Shown here: piece after piece, positions 1 through 8,301 of the stretch
Layout: every line of letters begins with the position of its first letter
Numbering within the stretch: the first letter of the stretch is position 1
From: Octopus sinensis
Taxonomy: Eukaryota
Direction of reading: 5' to 3'
Length of the DNA: 16,770 bases
NCBI RefSeq assembly: GCF_006345805.1
Contig: NW_021825279.1
Location: forward strand, 1 to 16,770
Position numbers and translations under genes: made by a program
The notes under the pieces: generated by a model
The model's input: the letters and a program-made list of their open reading frames with translations, nothing else
Database searches by the model: none
What the model was told of the DNA's origin: nothing

Positions 1-585
1 ATCCTGGTCTAATGGTTACAGATTAACCTAATATTCTTTCATCGTGTCTACGCCTAAATGTCGATTTTAAACTAGCTCCGTCGATGTACAAAGAGACATA
101 CTTTAATACAATGTGAAGTTGTCTGCACTGTTTGCACAGTTTCAGCTATTTCAATTATTATTATTATTATTATTATTACGACTGCCTTCATGGACAGAGA
201 ACCATTTACACATATCTGGTCGTCAAATTTCACTAAACAATCCTATATATTAAAGTAAACAGTCTCCGTTGCTGCTTTTGTCATTTACGCCTTGTAATTT
301 TGTCGGCGGGGTTGTGACTAGGTAAAGGTGTAGAATATCATTTGAAAGAGAGACAAGAGGAATTTCACCCTGCAAATACTTTTGTTATAAATACACATCG
401 TTGTAAATGTATATGTCATATTTATATAAAGAGAGATACATGCTCATATATAAAAACATACGTGTACGTGCGCTCACATATACAAACGTATATTTACGAG
501 AAAGTATTTTAAAAACAACAGAAACAAACAATATATATTTACAGATAATATTATAGTTCCATGCTGGAATGAAGCATAGCGTAAA

Positions 586-648
586 AATGTTTTAACGTTT
601 CGGAATGTTTTTTACGTTTCGGAATGTTTTTTACGTTTCGGAATGTTT
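586..648. repeat. 19-bp tandem repeat (AATGTTTTTTACGTTTCGG), about 3.3 copies
   Basis: Units start at 586, 604, 623 and 642 (periods 18, 19, 19). The minus strand of each unit contains GAAACGT(A/T). Confidence 0.9.
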
Positions 649-1077
649 GTTCTTCATCAGAGCAGAAGGGGGGAAAACCTAGAAAAGGTAAGAAACGGAA
701 AACAGTAAAAGAAAACATTCTGTAGAACGAAATATGTGCAAAATCAGTTGGAAATGGTGGATGAGAAGTACGTACACATCTTAAGACACTTAAGCATTGT
801 TTCTCCTCGGATTATCCGATACGGATTAAATTGGATCTAGGATTATAGATATGTCAAAACAGTGGCAATATTTGGTTGATAACTGATGCGTGTTTGAGCA
901 TATTCGCATTTATTGTGTGTCTTTTCCTTATTATTCCGTATTCCGTATCTTCCTTTATCACCCCCCCCCCGTGTCACCCTTTTCCTTAAATGGAAACTCT
1001 ACCCCCCCCTTCTGTTTCTTAGTAAATTATTTTCCTTTTCCCTTCTGTAACTCCAAAAGCAACTGTAGGTGGCAGCA

Positions 1078-1104
1078 CCTTAACCACACAACCATGCCTG
1101 CACC
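1078..1104 (-). mobile_element. Short remnant of a SINE 5' head (family B)
   Basis: CTTAACCACACAACCATGCCTGCACC also occurs at the head of the SINE at 5030-5298. Confidence 0.5.
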
Positions 1105-1123
1105 AACAGTCGCCAGTCAGACA

Positions 1124-1270
1124 CTTACACACACACACATCCCCACATACATACATACGCACACACACACACACACATCCCCACATACATACATACGCAC
1201 ACACACACACACATCCCCACATACATACATACATATACACATACATACATACATACATATATATACATAC
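1124..1270. repeat. Compound (CA)n/(CATA)n microsatellite with a 36-38 bp higher-order unit
   Basis: CCCCACATACATAC recurs at 1141, 1179 and 1215. Confidence 0.9.
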
Positions 1271-1480
1271 TCTTACTCTTTTACTCTTTTACTTGTTTCA
1301 GTCATTTGACTGCGGCCATGCTGGAGCACCGCCTTTAGTCGAGCAAATCGACCCCGGGACTTATTCTTTGTAAGCCCAGTACTTATTCTATCGGTCTCCT
1401 TTGCCGAACCGCTAAGTGACGGGGACGTAAACACACCAGCATCGGTGTCAAGCAATGCTAGGGGGACAAACACAGAACAC

Positions 1481-1528
<48 letters not shown>

Positions 1529-1702
1529 ATATAATACAGATATACGACAGGCTTCTTTCAGTTTCCGTCTACCAAATCCACTCACAAGGCATTGGTCAGC
1601 CCGGGGCTATAGCAGATGACACTTGCCCAAGATGCCACGCAGTGGGACTGAACCCGGAACCATGTGGTTGGTTAGCAAGCTACTTACCACACAGCCACTC
1701 CT
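1268..1702 (-). mobile_element. Full-length tRNA-derived SINE, family B (CORE-like domain, internal CA/TA microsatellite, TACTCTTT-repeat tail)
   Basis: Minus-strand head AGGAGTGGCTGTGTGGTAAG (A-box-like) and GGTTCAGTCCC (B-box-like), then CTTGGGCAAGTGTC (CORE-like). A near-identical copy lies at 10725-11025. Confidence 0.85.
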
Positions 1703-1999
1703 ACATATATACATACATACACACATACATACATACACACACACACATACATACATACATACATACATACATACATACGCACATACATACATACACACAT
1801 ACATACGTACATACGCACATACATACATACGTACATATATACATACACACATACATACATACATACATACATACGCACATACATACACATATACATACAT
1901 ACATACATCGTAAATTTATCTATGTGCGCGCGATTAAGTTTGTGTGTGTGAGTGTGTGTGTGTGTTGGATTGATCGATAGATGAAAAATACACGTACAC

Positions 2000-2032
<33 letters not shown>

Positions 2033-2037
2033 TATAT

Positions 2038-2090
<53 letters not shown>
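1703..2090. repeat. Compound (TACA)n, (TG)n, (CA)n and (TA)n microsatellites
   Basis: Read directly from the sequence; accounts for the overlapping H/T/Y/I and V/C/M/Y ORFs. Confidence 0.95.
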
Positions 2091-2091
<1 letters not shown>

Positions 2092-2499
2092 CTATAATGG
2101 CGTTCCATGTGCGAGTTTGATCCTTGGTGCAGATTAAGAGGCATCCGGAGAGAGAAAAAACCAGGGCGGACACAAATATTTATGCATCGTAAAGATATGA
2201 ATTTCGATATAGTTTTGATCCAAAGTTGGAAACTAAATAAAGGTGAAGACGAGGTCATGCAAGGGTCATATGACTGATTGACTGATTGACTGTGCGGCTA
2301 AACCCCTAACACCCACCTCCCACCTCCCACGCTCCGCTCGACCCTTTGCCCCTCCACCTTCCATCTACACTTCCGCCCCTTATTTATTGGTTTACTGGCA
2401 GCCTGCATGTCTGCTGCAATAAATCTACATAATATATATACTGCACCGCTGCCTGCATGCCTCTCCCGTCCTACCGCCATCAGAACCACTGCTTGCCAC

Positions 2500-2613
2500 C
2501 GTACCACCACCACCACCACCACCACCGCCGCCATCATTATCATGATCGCCGTCATCGTAATCGCCACCACCACCATCGTCGTCGTCATCATCATCATCGT
2601 CTTCATCGCCACC
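2500..2613. repeat. Degenerate (CAC)n/(CAT)n/(CGT)n trinucleotide tract
   Basis: Read directly from the sequence. Confidence 0.85.
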
Positions 2614-3044
2614 CCCACTGCAGCCTACACCACCACCTCCCACACTGCAGCCTACACCACCACCTCACCCACTGCAGCCTACACCACCACCTCACCCACT
2701 GCAGCCTACACCACCACCTCCCCCACTGCAGCCTTCACCACCACCTCCCACACTACAGCCTACACCACCACCTCACCCACTGCAGCCTAACGCCCACCTC
2801 CCCCACTTCAGCCTACACCACCACCTCACCCACTGCAGCCTACACCACCACCTCCCCCACTGCAGCCTACACCACCACCTCACCCACTGCAGCCTACACC
2901 ACCACCTCCCCCACTGCAGCCTACACCACCACCTCACCCACTGCAGCCTACACCACCACCTCCCTCACTGCAGCCTACACCACCACCTCACCCACTGCAG
3001 CCTACACCACCACCTCCCCCACTGCAGCCAACACCACCACCACC
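2614..3044. repeat. 27-bp minisatellite CCCACTGCAGCCTACACCACCACCTC(A/C), 16 units
   Basis: Counted by hand: 15 units of 27 bp and one of 26 bp (2776-2801). Most units contain CTGCAG. Confidence 0.95.
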
Positions 3045-3111
3045 ACAACATCATTTCTCCTCAAATACCACAAGTTCAGTTGAATATTGTTTTAGTTCTT
3101 GTTGCTTTTAA

Positions 3112-3310
3112 GGAGACGCGCTGGCCGAACCGTTAGAGCATCGGACCAAATACTTTGCGGCATTTCTTCCGGCTTTTTATATTTTGGCTCCAAAATCCTA
3201 CCGCGGTGAACTTTCAGTGGCGATAAAATAAAGTACCAGTTGAATACTGGAGATCAACTGAGAGAACGAACCCCTCTCCTTAAAATTGCTAGCCTTGTAA
3301 CGAAATGAGA
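3112..3310 (+). mobile_element. Old, diverged tRNA-derived SINE (related to family A), with an internal deletion
   Basis: GCTGGCCGAACCGTTAGAGCATCGGAC head and GATAAAATAAAGTACCAGTTGAATACTGG body align by eye with the young copies. Confidence 0.7.
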
Positions 3311-3382
3311 GACCTCCGAGGCGAAGAGTTGGCAAAATTGTAAGAGCGTCGAACAAAATGTCTAACGGTATCTATTCCAGCT

Positions 3383-3623
3383 GGCGAGCTGGCAGAATGG
3401 TTAGCACACTAGACGAAATGCATAGCCGTATTTCGTCTGCCGTTACGTTCTGAGTTCAAATTCTGCCGAGGTCGACTTTGCCTTTCATCCTTTCGGGGTC
3501 GATAAATTAAGTACCAGTTACGTACTGGGGTCGATTTAATCGATAATCGATTTAATCCGTTTGTCTGTTCTTGTTTGTCCCCTCTGTGTTTAGCCCCTCG
3601 TGGGTAATAAAGAAATAGGTATT
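3383..3623 (+). mobile_element. tRNA-derived SINE, family A
   Basis: Head GGCGAGCTGGCAGAA, B-box-like GAGTTCAAATTC, tail AAAGAAATAGGT. Flanked by a 16-bp TSD GGTAT(C/T)TATTCCAGCT at 3367-3382 and 3618-3633. Confidence 0.9.
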
Positions 3624-3648
3624 TATTCCAGCTTTTGACAGTGAAGCT

Positions 3649-3749
3649 GTCAGAATGGCCGAGTGGTCTAAGGCGCCAGGTACGTTAACCAGAACATTGA
3701 GTACTCTGGTCCACGAACGTGGGCGTGGGCTCGAATCCCACTTTTGGCA
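3649..3749 (+). pseudogene. Intron-containing tRNA-Leu(CAA) pseudogene with a destroyed anticodon loop
   Basis: 5' GTCAGAATGGCCGAGTGGTCTAAGGCGCCAG and 3' GTGGGCTCGAATCCCACTTTTGGCA match eukaryotic tRNA-Leu(CAA). Acceptor stem GTCAGAA/TTTTGGC has two G:U pairs; anticodon stem CCAGG/TCTGG; long variable arm CCAC-GAAC-GTGG; T stem GTGGG/CCCAC. T54 is C. The expected loop CTCAAG reads TACG. An extra ~19-nt intron is present. Confidence 0.88.
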
Positions 3750-3760
3750 GATAACGTTTG

Positions 3761-3999
3761 GGTGGCGAGCTGGCAGAAACGTTAGCACGCCGGGCGAAAT
3801 GCGTAGCCGTATTTCGGCTGCCGTTACTTTCTGAGTTCAAATTCCGCCGAGGTCGACTTTGCCTTTCATCCTTTCGGGGTCGATTAAATAAGTACCAGTT
3901 ACGCACTGGGGTCGATATAATCGACTTAATCCGTTTGTCTGTCCTTGTTTGTCCTCTCTGTGTTTAAGCCCCTTGTGGGGTAGTAAAGAAATAGGTATT
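3761..3999 (+). mobile_element. tRNA-derived SINE, family A, directly downstream of the tRNA pseudogene
   Basis: Full head GGTGGCGAGCTGGCAGAAACG through tail AAAGAAATAGGT; CpGs are largely intact. Confidence 0.92.
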
Positions 4000-4166
4000 T
4001 ATTCCAGCTTTTTGTACGTTCTGAGTTCAAATTCCGCTGAGATCAACTTCGTCTTTCATCACTTCGATGTCGATATAATAAAGTACCAGAGAAGTACTGG
4101 GATCGATGATTTCGACTGTTCCTCTATATAAAAATTTAAAAAAGGTGGCTTTGTACCAAATTCGGA

Positions 4167-4285
4167 CGGTGAGGTGGAAGACTCGTTAGAGCGTCGGACA
4201 AATTGCTATGTTGTATTTGTTCCGGCTCTTTGCGTTTTGGTTACAAATCTTGCCGAGGTCAACTTTCCTTTTCATCCTTTTAAGC
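4167..4285 (+). mobile_element. Old SINE, 5' fragment
   Basis: GACTCGTTAGAGCGTCGGACAAATTGC...GCCGAGGTCAACTTTCCTTTTCATCC aligns with the other copies. Confidence 0.65.
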
Positions 4286-4338
4286 AGTGATTAGTCGATG
4301 TTATCCATCTTTATTTTAACATCTTATATATATATGAA

Positions 4339-4548
4339 TTTCTTTACTACCCACAGGGGGATAAACACAGGGGACAAACAAGGACAGACAAATGGATTAA
4401 ACCGATTACATCGACTCCAGTGCGTAACTGGTACTTAATTTATCGACCCCGAAAGGATGAAAGGCAAAGTCGACCTCGGCGGAATTTGAACTCAGAACGT
4501 AACGGCAGACGAAATACGGCTACGCATTTCGCCCGGTGTGCTAACGAT
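4339..4548 (-). mobile_element. Family A SINE, slightly 5'-truncated, with a perfect 17-bp TSD
   Basis: Reverse complement of the 3761-3999 copy. TCTTATATATATATGAA occurs at 4322-4338 and 4549-4565. Confidence 0.92.
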
Positions 4549-5029
4549 TCTTATATATATATGAAATGCATCAACCAGTTGCCTGGAGACACTGGATGCA
4601 CTTTCCATCCAACAGCTTTGAATTATCATGGATGACTAAGTGGAATGGAAGACGCGTATCAGGAAAATGCCAAGAAATTCTCGATCCACTTAACCAACCG
4701 ACCGACTAACCGACTTTAGTATCGCAAATCACCGAAATGATAGGGCATCCTACTTTCGATCATAGGGGTGGTAGTTGGGTGACTGGTAGTAAAGTCACAG
4801 TAATAAAGCCACAATTTTGGATAGGAAAAAAGGCTCAAGAAAAAGAAAGTCACAATTAAGTTATGGGATCCGGACAAAACCCCTAGGACCTCACCCCCGG
4901 ACAAAAGAACTGTAACATTTTTTCGATAAGTTTTTTTTTTACCTGGATTCGGTAGTTCGTATCATTCCCATCTTCACCTTAACAAAGCAGTATTTTACGA
5001 CATAATACTTAAAATACCCCATCTTTTGT

Positions 5030-5298
5030 CTTTCACCTCTTTGTCATTAGATTGCGGTCATGCTGGGGCACTGTCCTGAAGGTTGTGAGTCGAACAAATT
5101 GACACCAGTATTCATATTTTCTTCTTCTTTATACGACGGGCTTCCACACAGTTTCCGTCTGCCAAAATTATTCACAGGGCATTGGTCGACACGGGGCTAT
5201 TGTAGAAGATACTTGCCCAAGGTGCTTCGCAGTGGAGCTGAACCCTAAGCCACGTGATTGCAAAGCGAACATCTTAACCACACAACCATGCCTGCACC
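5030..5298 (-). mobile_element. Older family B-type SINE with an internal deletion
   Basis: CAGTTTCCGTCTGCCAAA...TACTTGCCCAAGGTGC and ATTGCGGTCATGCTGGGGCACTG align with the 1268-1702 copy. Confidence 0.75.
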
Positions 5299-5310
5299 TC
5301 CTCCTCCTCA

Positions 5311-5346
<36 letters not shown>

Positions 5347-5374
5347 AAGAACACAAATCATATAGTCCGAGATA

Positions 5375-5470
5375 CTTTGAATTAAAAGATAGTATGGTCA
5401 CGGCTGGAACGCCATTGATCATAGGTCTGATTGATCAGGATGACCTCGGACTAAATAACAACGGCGAACG
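5375..5470 (+). mobile_element. Probable 3' tail remnant of a SINE or LINE
   Basis: GTCACGGCTGGAACGCCATTGATCATAGGTCTG...GACCTCGGACTAAATAACAAC ends in a decayed (AAC)n. Recognised only from memory of octopus repeats; no second copy in this window. Confidence 0.35.
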
Positions 5471-5509
5471 ACAACCAGCGGTGTCTTTGTGAATAGTTTC
5501 ATCTTCACT

Positions 5510-5770
5510 AGTTGAGATGCTACTACCACCTTTTACTACGACCATCAATGCCACCACCACGATGACCAGCATCCCACATCACCACTAGTGCTACCATCAC
5601 TATCATCACCACAAACTCCACCTGTCACCACCACTACCCCCACCACCTACCAGCACAGGCATCTGTGGGCACATGTGCATCATAACCACCATCGCTACCC
5701 ACAACTACAACCAACACTACCACTATCCCCGAAACCATGACCGCCAGCGCTCTTATCACAGCCACTGCAC
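5510..5770. repeat. Degenerate CAC/CAT/TAC-rich low-complexity tract
   Basis: Read directly from the sequence. Confidence 0.7.
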
Positions 5771-5837
5771 ACAGCTACAGACAGGCATATCACCGTCACA
5801 ACCAAAGTCGTACTTTTCAATAGTTACACACACACAT

Positions 5838-5910
<73 letters not shown>

Positions 5911-5911
<1 letters not shown>

Positions 5912-6125
5912 ACGGGAAGCTTTATGAAAATAGACAAAAGACGAAGGCAGGTGGAGTACAAACAAACAATTTATTAGTATGGCGCTCAGGAATATAAATA
6001 AAACAAGTCTTTTATGTTTCGAGCCTACGCTCTTCAACAGAAAGATACACAGAAAAGAAACACAGAAAGAAAGAAACAGGAGAGAAAAAAAAAATGCGTG
6101 CAGAGGCTAGCGAATCAACATGGCG
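5911..6125 (-). mobile_element. Probable Penelope-like terminal-repeat (pLTR) remnant, flanked by (TA)n tracts
   Basis: Contains a minimal hammerhead-like motif. Such motifs are an established feature of Penelope-like element termini. Boundaries are approximate. Confidence 0.45.
6008..6045 (-). ncRNA. Minimal type I hammerhead-ribozyme-like motif (variant core)
   Basis: Minus strand reads TCTTT-CTGTTGA-A-GAGC-GTAG-GCTC-GAAAC-ATA-AAAGA. Stem I is 5/5 bp and stem II is 4/4 bp. The core is CUGUUGA rather than CUGANGA. Confidence 0.7.
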
Positions 6126-6142
6126 AATATATATTATATATA

Positions 6143-6173
<31 letters not shown>

Positions 6174-6525
6174 ATTATAATATTGTTAATGTATAAGTGA
6201 CGTTAAAGATAAAGTTATTTAGTGCGACACGTCACGAAAAAAAAGAAACAGATGGACCTAAAGATGTATAAAATCGTCTACGGTTTACATCCGGGTTTAA
6301 CCGCTGTTGATTCGTTAAGAGATTGTTATCAGGCAAGCTAAGAAAGAACAAAAATGATGGTGGTGATAAAGATAACCCCCCTCCCTTATAAAAGAAAGCG
6401 ATTACTTGAATTTTGTACGTGACAATGAACACACCTCTACTCATAGAGACATATGATACACACACACAAACATACGAAACATTACGTTAGTATCTAAATT
6501 TATATCATACAACACTATTACATAG

Positions 6526-6593
6526 TGTATGTATGAATATATGTATGTATGTATGTATGTATCTGTCTGTCTGTCTGTCTGCCTGTCTGTCTT

Positions 6594-6639
<46 letters not shown>

Positions 6640-6707
6640 CGTCTATCTCTGTCTGTCTGTCCGTCCGTCTATCTCTGTCTGTCTATCTATCTATCTGTCT
6701 GTCTGTC

Positions 6708-6738
<31 letters not shown>

Positions 6739-6852
6739 CTGTCTGTCTGTCTGCCTGTCTATCTATCTATCTATCCATCCATCCATCCATCCATCCATCC
6801 ATCCCTCCATCCATCCATCCATCCCTCCATCCATCCATCCATCCATCCATCC

Positions 6853-6919
<67 letters not shown>

Positions 6920-7052
6920 CATCCATCCATCCATCCATCCATCCATCCATCCATCCATCCATCCATCCATCCATCCAATCTATCTATCTATCCATCTATC
7001 TTCCTTTCTATTTATCTAGCTAGCTATCTATCTATCTACACACACACACACA
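6526..7052. repeat. Long compound tetranucleotide array TATG > TCTG > TCCG > TCTA > TCCA > TCTA > TCCA > TCTA
   Basis: Read directly from the sequence. Confidence 0.95.
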
Positions 7053-7158
7053 ATTACTTAAAGGTACTTACATTTAACACGCTTCTCCTGTTACACTCTG
7101 ACGTAAAAAGACATTCGCTGCGGTATTTGTCAGAGAGGAAAAATTCTTCTTGATGTAC

Positions 7159-7215
<57 letters not shown>

Positions 7216-7249
7216 CCTCTCTCTCTGTGCTTATACGTGTGTGTGTGTT

Positions 7250-7835
7250 TCTATTAGTAAGCTCTTTGTCTCTTCGTCTTTCTTCATTTGTCATGGCCTT
7301 TAGGCGTCGGCAGTCATGGACACCTTGCCCTTCTATGCACCCAACACAACGCATTAATAGGCCAGTTTCTATTAAGCAAACTGGTAAGACCATCAAGTAT
7401 TCCCTCTCTCTCTCTCTCTCTTTCTCTGTCTCTCGCTCTCTCTCTCCCTCTCTCTGTTTCCATTAGTAAACACTTTTTTTTCTTTTCGTTTCTCTTCATC
7501 TGCTATACCCACAGGCGTCGGCAACCTATTTCTTTATTACCCACAAGGGGCTAAACATAGAGGGGACAAACATGGACAGACATAGGTATTAAGTCGATTA
7601 TATCGACCCAGTACGTAACTGGTACTTAATTTATCGACCCCGAAAGGATGAAAGGCAAAGTCGACCTCGGCGGAATTTGAACTCAGAACGTAATGGCAGA
7701 TGAAATACTGCCATTACATTACGTCGGCAACCATGGACACCCATGTCCTTCTAGACGCCTCAACACAACTTAACATATTAATAGGCCAGTCTTTACGAAG
7801 CAAATTGGCAAGGCCATCGAATAACCTCTCTCTCT
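7250..7835. repeat. Old local tandem duplication of about 210 bp; the second unit is interrupted by a SINE
   Basis: AGGCGTCGGCA..CATGGACACC..CAACACAAC..ATTAATAGGCCAGT..AAGCAAA.TGG.AAG.CCATC occurs at about 7302-7400 and again at about 7513 plus 7722-7820. Confidence 0.75.
7527..7721 (-). mobile_element. Family A SINE, 5'-truncated, with an 11-bp TSD
   Basis: CGTCGGCAACC occurs at 7516-7526 and 7722-7732. Confidence 0.9.
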
Positions 7836-8083
7836 TTCTCTCAGCTCCCTCTCAGCTTCCTCTTCCTTCCAGTTTTATATTCCCTCTGTTGTCTTCGTCT
7901 TCTCCAATACAACAGACCATCCCGCCATTGACATCATAACATAATTCTACCAAAACCAATATTTTAAGTCAGTATTTGATGTATTTAATACAGGGGGTGC
8001 TAAATAGTTAAGTAAAAATGATACCAATAAAAAAAAACAATATAAATAAAAAAAACACGATTTCCGGGACCATTACCAGCACC

Positions 8084-8301
8084 TATTTCTTTATTACCCA
8101 CAAAAGGCTAAACACAGAGGGGACAAACAAGGACAGCCAAACGGATTAAGTCGATTACATCGACTCCAGTGCGAAACTGGTACTTAATTTATCGACCCCG
8201 AAAGGATGAAAGGCAAAGTCGACCTCGGCGGAATTTGAACCCAGAATGTAACAGCAGACGAAATACGGCTACGCATTTCGCCCGGCGTGCTAACGTTTCT
8301 G
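8084..8301 (-). mobile_element. Family A SINE inserted into another SINE, with an 8-bp TSD
   Basis: CCAGCACC occurs at 8076-8083 and 8302-8309. Confidence 0.88.

Larger units (their letters stand above)
3320..4165 (+). mobile_element. Old SINE split by nested insertions: 5' part 3320-3382, 3' part 4010-4165
   Basis: Joining ...AACGGTATCTATTCCAGCT (3382) to TTTTGTACGTTCTGAGTTCAAATTCCGCTGAGATCAAC (4010 onward) restores a continuous SINE. Confidence 0.75.

Noticed and set aside
60-130. ACTAGC and GTGAAGTTGT resembling Helitron ends
   Set aside because: No GC hairpin next to the CTAG, and the matches are too short.
586-648. CRISPR-like array
   Set aside because: Units are contiguous with no unique spacers, the context is eukaryotic and there are no cas genes. 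The 27-bp array at 2614-3044 fails for the same reason.
890-2173. Many overlapping ORFs rich in H/T/Y/I or V/C/M/Y
   Set aside because: They are translations of (CA)n, (TA)n and (TACA)n microsatellites, open in several frames on both strands. The same applies to the ORFs at 6529-7153, 9801-10451, 11369-12116, 12242-14532 and 15812-16367.
2407-3083. Mucin or antifreeze-like protein gene
   Set aside because: A frameshift and stop occur in unit 7, there is no convincing signal peptide, and the upstream part is trinucleotide repeat. Kept only as an alternative hypothesis in the findings.
3649-3749. Functional tRNA with a novel anticodon
   Set aside because: No canonical 7-nt loop with U33 and a purine at 37 can be placed confidently, T54 is mutated, and the acceptor stem has two wobble pairs.
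5341-5352. TCGATGAAGAAC resembling the 5.8S rRNA motif
   Set aside because: Only 12 nt match and the flanks do not continue the similarity.
7988-8005. TA-CAGGGGGTGC as a Tc1/mariner TIR start
   Set aside because: No matching inverted copy and no transposase remnant in the window.
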